Assembly: GCA_026770705.1 (NCBI GenBank)
Contig: JANJGN010000036.1
Span: 4,030,001-4,094,000, forward strand
Direction of reading: 5' to 3'
Length of the DNA: 64,000 nucleotides
Source of the DNA: Isurus oxyrinchus
Lineage: Eukaryota
Both the position numbers and the translations under genes were made by a program. Of the stretch, positions 48,461-60,894 are shown piece by piece; the first letter of the stretch is position 1; every line of letters begins with the position of its first letter. The notes beneath the pieces were generated by a model. It ran no database searches and had not been told where the DNA came from. It saw only the letters and a list, made by a program, of their open reading frames with translations.

Positions 48461-49174
48461 CAAACTGCAATCTCCCTGAACGTCTGATGAAGCGAGTGCA
48501 TCAGTTGTGAATAATATTGGGGATCAGTTTTTTTTTCAAATACCGGACATCGCAGATAAAGAGTGACCCGGTGTCAGGTCGATGTGGACACTGGAAATGA
48601 GGAGAATGTACACCAGTCTGTTCTCTGTTCAGCTGCATCTACCCTGGACGGCAAAGCCTTTTCTGTCTGCGATTTAACATTGAGTCACATGTATATGAAG
48701 CGTCTCAACTCTAAAAACAGGATAACCACCGAGAGCTTGTGCATCGAACACCGTCTTCCATCTCGAGCGAAAAGTGGTCAGAATCTCGGCCAGCGGTTTA
48801 CGCCAATCCATGAGTTTTGCACAGCCAACGAATGGGTTGTGAGCGAGGCGTCTTTCTGAGGCTCGCAGCAAACAGCCTCGGACACAACCAATCCGTCTCT
48901 TTGCTGCCCAGCCCCGCTCTCTGCTGCAAGGTTTACTGACTCGCTTCTTTGCTACTCAAGGCCAAGCATTTCTGCAGAGCAGTTCAGACACTCAGTAAGG
49001 CGTAACACTGTCTGCTCATTTCAAAACACATTCTGACAGTATTTTATTCTATGAAGTTCATCACTTTAAGATGAATGCATCTCGCTCTTCCCTTCCAGCT
49101 TCCGTTCCTCAGCATTCTCCTGAAGACTCCTTGACATGGGTTCCTATGGAGTCTTGCAGAGAATTTGCAGCGCG

Positions 49175-49670
49175 GATTGGCTGTTTTGACTTTATAATTG
49201 GGTCAGGTTTCCCAAGAAGGAGTCCCATAAAAAAATGATTTGGCCCAGCAGCAGTTTCTAAGCAATTTGTCTCGGTTGGGATGATGCATCTTGATCCTTC
49301 GCCATAACTATCCACATTATCCGGGTCCTACTCTTCATCCTTATTCGCGTTTGGATTCAGTAAAGCAGTTGATCGGTTGAATATTGATGTTTAGCAGGGA
49401 CACTTTAATAAGCGGTTCTTTAATGAGCATCGATTTTAAATATTAATAGCAGTTTATTGATTCAGAAAGCCGAGTGAATATCTACCACAAAGGAAAGCGA
49501 GTAACTGAACTATTTTCTAAAGTTTATCACTAACAATCTCGCTGCATTTAACACTGAGTCTAAACCAATTGAACGCAAACACCCATTCGCATGCTAAAGA
49601 TATTTTAACATGTTCCACGATCTTTTCAGATTGACTCTGAGACCAGTCAACGATTCCTATCTCAATATTT
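49175..49670 (+). pseudogene. Inverted, decayed copy of gene B TM exon and flanks
   Basis: Reverse-complement similarity to 44420-44960 (atgatttg..cagcagtttctaag; ctactctt..tcctta.t..c.tttggattc; gagtaactgaac; ttttcagattgactctgagac). TM exon has lost its splice sites and contains stops. Confidence 0.75.
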
Positions 49671-50554
49671 ATGTCAAGAGACCAAAGATTAAAAGATCAG
49701 AAGAAATCGGAGCACGAGCAGGCCCTCGATCCTGCTCCGCCATTCAACAAGCCCTTGACTAATCTGATTGTGCCTGTAACACTGGGCTCCACAACTCAGC
49801 GTTCAATATATTCAATGGTCCAGCCTCCAGTGCTCTCTGGGGAAGCGAAATCCAACACAAAGCAACGACCAACAGAGAGAAGAAAACCGTCCGTACCTCC
49901 GTCTGACAGGGGAGGTCACGTATTCTGAAACTGTGCCCATGGTTCTACATTCCGCAATTACAATCCGCAACATCCTCTCAGCATCTACCCTGCGAAGCCC
50001 CCTCAGAATCTTATATGTTTCAATAAGTTCACCTCTCATTCTTAGATTTACAAGCAGCGCTGCTTGTTTGACATTATTGCCTGCTAATAGTTTTAGTTCG
50101 CATAGAATCTTTATCCCCGTTAGCAGAGGTTATTAGGAGTCTATAATGATCATCTTCATTTGCACCCTTATCTCTTTTATCGCTTTATCTGGAATCTCTC
50201 TGTCACCTAACAATACAAACATAAGTTAAGGCTTAGGGAGTAATGCCTTCGATAGACTCTTAATACATGAATGAGATTGGCTGTATTGAAAACGCCGCCA
50301 ATAGGAAGGAGGGATCGGAGGGAGAGCTCAAATGTACCCTATCAGCTTTCTAAACGGATCTAATGTTGGCAGGGTTCCCAATTTAACTGTCAGGGTAAAG
50401 CATCGGAGACTCTTAATCAACAACTAAACTGGAATGGTTAAGAAAAGTTAATTTGGGTGGAGCGACAGAAGGTATTTCCTACCGTGGACGGAGTGCATCT
50501 GTGTGCCAGGTGGCGGGGTGGGGGACGGGGCGTGGGCTGTTAAAGTCCAGAACA

Positions 50555-51775
50555 AGGGGTGTTGAAGCACCTCAGATCCCCATGTAATGTATTTAAAGAG
50601 ATTGAACTGTATTGCACTTTATCATAAAGTGGAACAGCCATGTTATGTTCCTTAACATTTCGTATTAAAAATGCATGTTGTTTTGGAAAACGAAAGTAGC
50701 ACACCGCCTGCAACCGTTTGCTGTCCTATGGGATTGTATTTGGCGTTTTTCTCAGTGTGCATCCCTGGGAACAGCAAGTACAGCACAGAGCCCTGCGTCA
50801 CGGATAAAGCCCAGGATCTTTCTCGCAAAGACCACGGTCTCTTTTTCCACAATTCCTTCACAAAGACACATTGCAGCATTTAATCTGCCGTCTTCTCCAT
50901 TTTATCACAGGCCGATCGTTTATCTTCATTTCCTCACCTCCCAGCTCTTTGCGTGTAACTTGTAAAATGTATAACCTTTTCGAGCTCTGACTTGAAGCAT
51001 TAAGTCAGTGAGATTCATAGAAAGGCAAAGAGTTAGTCAGGTCTTAAGAAGACAAAGACTTGTCTTGTAAATGTCAACTATATTTGTAAATGTGGTGAAC
51101 AACGTGCAGTATTGGAAGAAAGTTATCTGGTTTGCATCTTATGCAATGTCAGATTTTACTGGTCGTGGAAAGCACTTTTAGACATGTTCATTTAGAAAGT
51201 GAATTTTAGTAAAAAGAAAGACTTCTCTGCAATTCCCTCACCCCCTGAAAAATCCCCTTGTCTCTCGCCTTAACAAGTTTTCAATATCGTTTGAAGTTTT
51301 GCACGTGTATTTGCAAGGTTTTATTTCTAGGTTCTGAGTTCAGTGATGCATTGCTCATTTCTATATCTCATCCTTGGAAGATACACCAGGTTTAGTCCAG
51401 TTGAAACGACTTGTGAGCGGAAAGTTGGCTGTTTGGGCTCAAACTGGCCTCTGAGATTTTGCAATTGTTGTGCAATTGCGGTTGGTTCTTTGGCACATCC
51501 TGTCTCCTGCACAATTCATCAGAGAGAATGCATTCCGGGTCCCCATCTGCGACCCGTCTTCTTTTTTGATCTATTTTCAGATGCAGCAAACTACAGGGAG
51601 GCAAAGAGAGATCCTCCCCGAGACTGGGAAATATATTAAACAGTAACATTAAAAAGTAGTTACAAGACAGGTCAGGTTATCTCAGAAAAAATTATCCAAA
51701 ATCAAAGTCTTTTGATAATTCAAAATCTCTTTCAAAACAGTATGTGGCGCTGTGAGGTACTTCAACACCCTTTCA
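50555..51775 (-). mobile_element. Tx1-clade LINE ORF2 remnants bounded by ~55 bp imperfect inverted repeats; inverted duplicate of 62870-64000
   Basis: QCVFVKELWK..SVTQGSVLYLLFPGMHTE resembles the Tx1 ORF2 zinc-knuckle region, plus a PTFRSQ segment. aagggggtgttgaagcacctc (50555) vs gaggtacttcaacaccctt (51754). Confidence 0.6.
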
Positions 51776-52744
51776 AACTGGTTAGAATTTCAGCACTCCA
51801 CTGAGGTCAGTTAACTTTGGGAGGTTAAATGTTCCTATTTCCCCACTTCATACGGTACCCAGTTAACGGGAGGTCAGTTATCGAACGATTCAGGCATTTC
51901 GATCAGTTCTCTGCAGGAGAAAAGGGGATTATTTGAACATTCAGAGAATGTAAAATAAGCTGTATTTAAGTATTCACCCATCAGACGTGAAATTTATGTG
52001 TGGTTAGTTATGTCAATGTCGTTCATTTCAATCTTTCTCATAGATGTCAGAGGAATGTCAGGCCTAACAAATTTGATTTAATTTTTTGACGAGATGACCA
52101 GATGTGCGGATGAGGGTCGTGCAGTTGATGTCGTTTATATGGATTTCAGCAAAGCCTTTAACAAGGTCCCACACAGGAGACTTATAAAGAAGGCAAATGC
52201 ACATGGGATACAGGATAATTTAATAAGGTGGATCCAAAATTAGCTTAGTTGTAGGTGACAGAGGGTAATGACAGAAGGCTGCAAGTTGCACAACAGCCAA
52301 ACATAAACATATTTCCTCCTTCATCTCTCAGTCAAAATCCTGGAACTCCTTACCTAATGTATATGTGGTGCACCTTCGCCACAGGGACTGCCGTGGTGCA
52401 AGAAGGCGGCTCCCCACCTCCTTCTCAGGGCCATTTAGGAAATGGAAACAAATGTTTGCCATGCCAGCGATGTCCATATCCCATGAATAAATATTAAAAA
52501 TTAAGACATTTTAAATTTGGAAGGTAGTCTGTATCAGGCATGACTGGATCATTCCGCTGTTATACACTCTCTCATATTTCATTCATTCTTACCTTCAATA
52601 TAGAGCAGCGAATTGTTCAGGTATTTCCCAGAAGTCACGATCATTCAAACTCATGCCACCCATGGAAATCGAATTTAGGAGCATCAAAGTATTCAGAGCT
52701 ATCATACAGTTATATTGAAAAAGCCTGACCCACAGATTTCTGAC

Positions 52745-53190
52745 CAGCTGTGACTTACAGCTCAGTTGGTAGCTCCCTCTCTTCTGCATCAGAAGGTTGT
52801 GGTTTCTTGTACCACTCCAGAGACTAATGCTACCCGTGCTAGTAATGAGAGAGGACTGCACTGTCGGGGGAATGTTCTCTCGGAGGGGATGTGCTTCGAG
52901 GGCCTGTCAGGCGACTCAGGTAGATGAAAAGCATCCCAGAGCCACTACTGGAAGACGTTCAGGCGGGGGTGACGTAACGCTTGTATCCTGGGATCATTAT
53001 TTACCTCTCAGTAAAATCAGTTCATTATCACATTGATGGTTGTGGGAGCTTGCTGTGAGCAAATTGGCTGCTGCATGTCCTACATTACAACAGAGGCGAC
53101 ATTTCAAAATTCCTTAATTGGCATTAAATCGCTAGCTGATGCCCTGAGGTAGTGGAAGGCGCTTCAGAAATGCAAGGCTGTCTTTATTTT
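52745..53190 (+). mobile_element. tRNA-derived Deu-domain SINE (SacSINE1-like), near full length
   Basis: Pol III A-box-like agctcagttggtagc head, Deu-domain core (ctcaggtagatgaaaagcatccca), 3' tail ctgaggtagtggaaggcgct..aaatgcaag. Confidence 0.7.
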
Positions 53191-54519
53191 TAAAAGCAAA
53201 GGGTTTTCATGCTAAATGTGGGCACCGAGCGGCCAGGCCATTAAATGTGGCTGAAATGTGTAAAGTTATGTTCCAGCGAATGATTTCATGGAGGGGGTGG
53301 CGAGTTCAAATTTGCATATAACACAAACTTGTGAGGCCAGATAACAAGGAAGATAAAGAACGAAGAAAGGTGTGATATGCCAGCTTTGGAATAATTGCCC
53401 AAATGTTATGGGGGCTCCAAGGGGACGCTGATTATTTCAATAGCAGAACAATAATTCCATGAGATTTTAAAGTTATTCAGCAGTGACCCTGTCACAGAGA
53501 CTGAGGCTGCTGCTGGTTCCCACCTCCTGGCGCTTTATCTCTCGCCAAGGCTTCCTCCCCCGTCTGGTCCTCTTGGAGTGACCTTTTGCCTCCCCACCCT
53601 ACCCCACAAACCGGCCGCGGGTCTTTCTCAAACTCCGGCCATGCCCCCACCCATCCCGCAGGATGGAGCATGTGGCTGCTGCTCTTGGCGTGACGCTTTC
53701 TCCGTTTATTTTTTAAAAACGAAATCTCAAAAGAAGAAGGGGCTCTTCAGATTTTAAATGGATTGCTTTATCTCCTTTCTGAACTTGTTCGGCGTCACTG
53801 CCTAAGTACATGTGTCTGCACAACAACTCAGAATGGATTCTTGAAGCATACAGAGAGGGTCCCTGTGCCCAGTGTAACTATATGAGTTAGGAACTCACTC
53901 ATACAGGATAATGCGCATGTACTGGTGAGTGAGGCTCTGCATGACGAGTGCCTGTGTGTGTGTGGGTGTGTGTGTGCAAGAGACAGTGATTAGGGCAGAA
54001 TTCACTGAAGGGACATTACTCAATGTGAAGGTGTCTGTGGAGTGTGTGATATTTTTTACATGACCTGTGTTATTTGCCTACAATTGCAAAGGTTTTCACG
54101 TTCTTTGGGCCACCACCGCATCTCAAGCTTTCAGTAGCACACGACGACTTAATGCCCCAGCAACCAATAGCTTCTGGACATCAACCCTCGACGACCTGAT
54201 TGTAATTTAATGGCACTGACGCCTTATTCTTGACCCCACCACCATCCACAACGCACCCCTCCACCACCCACCCCCCCCCCCACACCCAAAAACCCAGCCA
54301 CGATAGGAAATAGTTTCTCTCTTTCCACGCAAATTAACTTTAATCCTCTTAACCATGCTAGTTTAAGATAGTTTGGTTGGTGGTCGAAACTCTCTGATGC
54401 TTTACACTGAAAGCTAAATTAGTGACTCCGTCATCAGTGGACCTCTTTGGAAAGCTTGCAGAATCCATTTGCGTTTTCCTGCCTTTCCCGCCTTCCTATT
54501 GTGATGCAAGAACAGGGTC

Positions 54520-55075
54520 GTCTGTTTGCATATGTGTTCAAATCATTTAATGTGACTGAATAGATTGACAGAGCAGTTAGTAAAGTACAGTTGGTTCAGC
54601 ATTTCATTATTATGGACGTACCATACAAAAGCACAAAGTTATACTAAACCTGCATAAAAAGATTGAGTTCGGCCTCAGCCGGAGTAGTGTGCCCAGTTCT
54701 AGGCGCCACACTTTGGGGAGATTGCAGAAAAGATTGTTGAGAATGGTTCTAATGATACCAAAGTTCAGATCCAAAGTTAGTTTGGGAAAACTGGGGCTAT
54801 TTTCCTGGCAGGAGAGAGATTTGAGAGGAGATTTGATGAGATATTCAAAATTATGATGTGTCTGGAGGCAGTAGATAGGGAGAAACTTTTGCCATTCGTG
54901 GAAGGGTCCAGAATAATGAAACCTGATAATTATGAGATGATAGCAAGAAAAACTGTTTCTAGGGCTACGGTGAAAAGGCAGGGATAGGGAGAGGGTGGAC
55001 CATGTGAGTTCCTCTTTCAGAGACCCAACACGGACACAAAAGGATGAATTGGCTACTTCTGTGCCGTAACCACCT
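54520..55075 (+). mobile_element. Decayed CR1 LINE 3' fragment
   Basis: ttcggcctcagccggagtagtgtgcccagttc and ttgagaggagatttgat remnants, plus 3' tail. Confidence 0.7.
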
Positions 55076-56189
55076 TATGAGTCGAACATTGGCAATATTG
55101 TATCAGGCAGACAAGTAGAAATGGCAATGCAGGGGTCAGGGAAGGGAGGTGGTCGTGTCGTGTACATTGTCCATGCCCATCCATTGTCATTGGAACATTG
55201 CCTTATTGGGGAACATGTGAGTATTCATCATGCTGTATTTCTGTAATTGATTATACATTATCCAAACTGGTATAAAGTTTCAATTTATATCTAAACCATT
55301 AATACGCAGGTGACCACTGTCTACCAGAGGTGAGACGACCCGACTGGATGCAAAAGAGGTGAGTTTATTCAGCTGTTGGAATATTTTACAGAAACTTCAT
55401 TTTGGGGTAAGGTGCAACCCGTCCCATACGGGATATTTATCTTGAAGGTAGTTTGTGGGATAGTGCACAAAGCTGCACTATGCATTTGAAATTTGCACCC
55501 TTTCTCCTCTCAGCTTCTTTCAGTCATTGAACTCTGACCTCTGAGTCTCCTAATCTCCCAATGTTGATTGTAGCCCTTCCAATTCCTTTCCTTAAAGGCC
55601 ATAATTACATGTTGCCAATAGTATGCTGAGAGTGCTATAAGCAAGGTTACATTTACGTTTCATATAATTCTCCTGCTTTTCAATTCAATTCCCCTGGAAA
55701 TTAGCACCAACCCTTCCTTTCATTGCAATGGTAAACCTGTTCCCATGGAAGACTCTGCTCCTATTACATACTTTACCAGTTATCTCCCACTTTCTATCTT
55801 AAAGGACTTTGATGAATTCATTTAATATTTGCTATATGGTTTAGTCTGCATTATTGCAGTTAATAAAGCCAGTAAAATACTATCTGTTGTTTGTGAGCTT
55901 GATTATCTAGGTTGTGAATTCAACAAAATGTAACATTTCAGATCAAGGAGGAAACAAAACTTCATACTCACTGGCGAAAATCTGTGAACCAACAGCTCGA
56001 GTGTTCAGATTAGAGAAAGATTCCAACTGTAAGAAAGGCTGGCACCATCTGTAAACATCTAACAAATGCTTACAGGTTCCGACTGTTACTTTCAAATGCA
56101 TTGAATTGAATGGAAGGTGAGAAAGAGGCTGGAGAGGAGAGTTTAAAGCAGAATTATGGCCACAATCACTGTCATCTTAGATGTTGTTA

Positions 56190-56545
56190 AGTGTCTGTGT
56201 GAGAATGTTTGCCTGTGAGAGCGTATGGGAGAGCATATGAATGAGACAGCGCATGTGTTTGTGTCTGTGAGAGTGTGTGTGTGTGTGAGAGAGAGAAAGA
56301 GAGAGGGGATGTGTGTAATCGAGTTTGTGACTGGGCGCGTGTGTGAGAGAACATGTGTGTGAGAGAGCGCATGTGTTTGTATGTGTGAGAGTGTGTGTGT
56401 GGGAGAGAGAGAGCGTGACTGTGTAAGCGTGTATGTGTGTGAGAGAGCGTGTATTTCTGAGAGCATGGTTACCTGTGTGTTTGCATGTGAGAGAGAGCGA
56501 AAGAGTGTGAGTGTGTGTCTGTGTCTGTATGTCTGAGTCTGTGAT
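56190..56545. repeat. (GT)n/(GA)n compound microsatellite
   Basis: Directly visible. Confidence 0.9.
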
Positions 56546-57289
56546 TATGACAGAACCCAGCAGAGTCAAATAGGGATGGGAAATAAGTGCTGACCCAGCC
56601 AGCGATGCCCACATCCCATGAAAGAATAAATAAATTAAAAGTAAGTGTCTGGCCTCCCGTTCTTTGCTGGTTCTGCATATTTAGGCCGAGTGCCTAGAGT
56701 CCAAGCAATTGTGATTTGCATAGTCCCTCCGACCACCGTTACACCCCTGGGTGTGAATTGCACTTGGTAATGGAAGCAGCATAAGATGAATTGCCGCTGT
56801 GACATCCTTCAAAAGCGTATTCTACATCTTGAAATGACCTGTTATGTTTGCAGCTCATGGTTAATCTGAATATGCCAGTGAATCAATAGTAGTCAGGTGA
56901 GTTAGTGTGATACAAAGATTGCCCTTACGTATCTGAACTGTTAGGACACACTATGGTTTCAGTGAGAGTCAGGGAGGTGAGGAAATAAATGCAAAAATAA
57001 AAACAAAAAGCCATTTTCTTCAAAGGTGCAAGCTGAGTAGATCTGACATTTGTTTATTACATGGCAATCTATCCAGGTGCCCTCCTGATAATGTTCTGCG
57101 CTATCAATCTGACCTCTGTCACACAAAGCAGCAGAAAATGTTTGCAATGAAATGAGAACTGTAAACCTAATCAAGCTGTCAGTCTACTGGAGTACCGCAG
57201 AGCACCACATGCTGTGCTGAAAGAGAGTGAGTAGCAGTTTCGAAGCACAGAACTTGAGTATCTCTGAAAAAAGACATTTTTTTGAAGTT

Positions 57290-57800
57290 TTCCACTCTTG
57301 TAGAAGTCTTGCACTCATCAGGACAATCGCAAGAATACCAATGTCAGGGGAAGCAACAACTCTGTGCATAATGAGAAGAGAGTGCTGATTGGTTAGCGAG
57401 TGGGCTCTGGTCGGTAGGGGCGTTGCCATGGAGGATGCACCAGTGATTGTGACTGACAGTTAACTGTCAAGCATAGTCTTAAATTTAAAACAGGCAGCTT
57501 GACTCTGATTGGTCAAGGTGTTGCACTGAGGAATAAACCAGCGAATGACGGTCAATTATTTTGTTCAGCTGAAACAGGCGCAAAGTGTGTGCTTGTTCTT
57601 TCTGTCTGCAAGGGTTCTGTGTATAAATGTATGTAGCTTCCAGTACACGAAAACGTGCCTCATTATGAGCCGGACTGACAATCTTAAATTGGTTATCAGT
57701 GTGATATTTTGCACGCTGAGGATTATTTAGCAAATGTTGTCCAGTCGCAGGATCATGTCAAACTTTGGACACTGTTATGAATTTTGAAAGCACGGGCTGG
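57290..57800 (-). mobile_element. Penelope-like element 3' end (GIY-YIG C-terminus) with a deleted hammerhead motif
   Basis: LNNPQ..QFKIVS...LEATYI...CRQKE. Terminal tgtcCTGATGAgtgcaagac lacks the GAAA strand. Confidence 0.75.
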
Positions 57801-57989
57801 TTGTGTCTAATCTGTACCTTGCCCGCTGTAAACAGCGGAAGGGACATGCTATCTGATACAATCCACCACTCTTTGAGACGTACTGCTTACATACCTAATG
57901 TCTGCCTCCATACCAAGCAATCTCTCCACCGGATATTTCTACATTACCCCGCCATAACTGCACCCTAGATAATTAACCCCCACCCGAAA

Positions 57990-58430
57990 ACATCCCCTGG
58001 ATGATCCTCCCTCGGAAGCTTCCCACGGATAACTCCCCATCCCTATGAACAGAAAACTGTCTGATCTCCCACCACCCAGTGAACCGATCCCTATCTGATA
58101 TCCCACTCCCTTTGAGCTGAACCCGGTCTTGACCTCCGCCCCTGTGAACAGGTCCTTGTCTGATTCGCCCTCCGCCCCCAGGTGAACAGGTCTCTGTATG
58201 ATTGTCACACCTTGTGTATAGGCCACTGTCTGATTTGCTACCACCCTGTGAACAATCCCTGCCTTCATTCCTCACGCTGTGAATTGATCACTGCCTGATT
58301 CACTTCTTACCTGTGAACAGATCTGGCATCATTCCCTCCCCCATCCCCCCGTGAACAGATCCCTGTCTGATTCCCCCACTCTCTGAATGGAACCCTGTCT
58401 GATTCGCCCCTCACATGTGAACAGATCCAA
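57990..58430 (+). repeat. Minisatellite, ~37 bp unit (gtgaacagatccctgtctgattcccccaccccc)
   Basis: Recurring tgaacag..cc.tgtctgatt units. Confidence 0.85.
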
Positions 58431-60822
58431 ATTTGAATGATCTCCTCTCCCTTTGATCTGAAAGTATTAATCATTCTGTCCTCCCCTCCAACCCCACCGC
58501 TGTCAGCCCATCTCTAAGCTTCTGTGTGAAATGACATTCACATCATCATTCAGTCTCTGTTAGAAAATCATCATTTTAAACCTTCAGTAAAAATATCCTC
58601 CTCACTTTAAATATACTTTCCAAACTCAAGATCACTACCACCTAGAAAGACAAGGGCAACAGATAGGTGGGAGCACCACACCTGGAATTACCCCTCCAAA
58701 CCACTCACCACCCTGACTTGGAAATAATCCTTCCTACAGTGTAGCTGGCTCAAATTCCTGGAACTCCCTCCCTAACAGCATTGTGGGTGTACCAATACCA
58801 CAGGGATTGGAATGGTTCAAGAAGGCAGCTCACCACCACCTTCTCAAGGGACAGTGAGGGATGGGGAATATATGCCAGACTAGCCAGTGACGCGCACATC
58901 ACGTGAATGATTTTTTAAAAAAGGCAGCGATACGAAATGATACATGGACAAGTAAATAGTGAGAGAAATAGCGTTCGTCGTAGGGGGCGTAGGGGACGGC
59001 TGTGCGGTGGGCGGGGGGAGAGACACCAAAAATGGTTCAGAAACAGCGAGAGGACAAATATGCAAAGAGGTTAAGAAAAAGATTTGTCTAAATTTTCTTA
59101 GAGAGTGACAGAGATACATGATGTGGAGAGAGGGAGAAATTTGAAGATGTGGGGAAACAGCTATGAACGTGAAGGTGATGCAGAGTTGCAGGCAGAAATG
59201 GAGGGATTGAAATCCATGGAATTACTTTGGGCTCTACAGCAGCGAGTCTCAAACTTATTACCTCCGAGTTCACCCCATCCCACAGACCCTGCCCCTTATT
59301 GTAAACATCCCACAAACTACCTTAAAGATATGACTTTTCTCTGTGTAGAGAAATGGATGACACCGTGACATATACATTTATTAACAGTTCCTCCTCCTGT
59401 TACAGCTCTTGTCCGAGGATTCCTGATCGAAAAAGTATTCTCCCTTTGCCTCGTCAGGAAATGCAGCTTCCAAATAAATTCGGCTCGGGAGAGAGAGAAC
59501 TTGGAAATTGATCAAACGAAAGCAAATATAATGGAAACGAAAAGAGTGAGCAAGATCCCAGGACTCCTCTGACTCACTGACATACACAATCTCAGGGCTC
59601 CATTGTAAAACAATGCCCTGATATTGAAAGCAGACAATGGGAACAGATTTCAAATGAAATGAAGTTGCCAATGTCACATGCATGACTGGCCCAATATTCA
59701 ATTAAAAAATAATACATTACATACCATGGAATGGAGGAGGGTTGGGTGGGTGGGGGGGGGATGGTGGTAAGGAGGGGGGCTTACTTCAGAAGCTGAACAA
59801 TCAACAAACGCTGGAACCCTACCCGCAGACCCATTCTCACCTACAGTCTCAGAGTCTGTACCTCTCCCTCTGCGTTTAACCTGCCACCTCCAGATGTATT
59901 TCCTGCCTCATTGTGTAACAGGCAAACACTGATGATTCCCTTGTATCCCTCGCCCATTCACTACGCCCCCACCCCCGCCCCCACCCCACTCTACCCGATC
60001 AATCCAGGATTGGTGCTGTTGTATATTCAATGTTAGACATTGAATCTTCCACTTCTCGCACAGTCTCCTGCCTCGCTATTCCTCTCCCCATCTCTCTCTG
60101 TACCTGTCTAGCCCTACATCTCTGCTCTGCTCTCGATAAATCTATCCATGTATCTGTTCTTTTTTCACTACCTCGGGATGAACTTTGATTGAAATGCATT
60201 CTGTGAAGTTTCTGCTTTACCATTTTAACTGCTGAAGCATGACACTGTAATCATGTTTTGTACTGAGAATCCACAATTACGACTCAATAAACTGGATTTG
60301 GGCCGTGTCGCCACGGTTTTAATGCCGAGAAGGCTGTGGGAAACTTGTGCTCAGCAAGTTCCAACTACAGCAATGTGGTAATATGCAGTTATTCTCCCCT
60401 TTCCCGGCCCCCCAACCTCAGTCACACTGGAAAGGACTAATCTACCGCTTCCCAACTGGGAAGAAGCCGCTGGCCCCTTGGAAGTCTTTTTATGAGGCTT
60501 TTCAGAAAATATTACGAATTGAATTCAGATTACTCACCCTCCTCAAAGCACATTATATTTCAATGCCCAATTCGTCGCTCTCTAAAACACCGACGCTATT
60601 CAGGGATTATAACAAGTGTTTCCACAGCTTCACATTTAGCAAATCAATTCCAGGCCCTAGGGAGCAGACAGCCCTTTAAAAGTTGTTTCTATTTCCCCTA
60701 CACCCAACCTTCCAACAAGCCTCCCATCTGTTTTGCTTTCCTTAACTCTGTTTCTCTCTCTCTCTCTTTGACGCCCTTCCCTCAGTCCCCGCCCCTTCTT
60801 TCTCTCCAACCCTGTTATTTAG

Positions 60823-60894
60823 GCCTAAATGGCCAAGTGGTTATGGTACTGGGTTTGTAACCCCAAGATCAAGAGTTCAAATCTCACAATGGCA
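60823..60894 (+). other. tRNA-like Pol III element (tRNA-derived SINE head or pseudo-tRNA)
   Basis: A box TGGCCAAGTGG, B-box-like GAGTTCAAATCTC T-arm, ggg-tttgtaa-ccc arm. Acceptor stem only partly paired. Confidence 0.45.

Larger units (their letters stand above)
55972..59834 (-). pseudogene. Probable fossil third-subfamily L-V-C1-TM gene (leader 59834-59785, V ~59617-59300, C1 57216-~56900, TM-like 56048-55972)
   Basis: Four exon-like pieces in the correct order and strand with AG/GT ends: MGLRVGFQRLLIVQLL|gtaag; IVLQWSPEIVYVSE..KGRILF..NVYVTVSSI; FLLLCVT..NII(R)..EENG..SH*NHSVS*; cAG|ATGGTGC..FLTVGIFL. Many stops and frameshifts. Confidence 0.4.

Noticed and set aside
48500-48900. ORF 48563-48859 as a V/C1 exon upstream of the inverted B-type TM fragment
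   Set aside because: No Ig Cys/Trp spacing or splice sites; at most a decayed LINE remnant.
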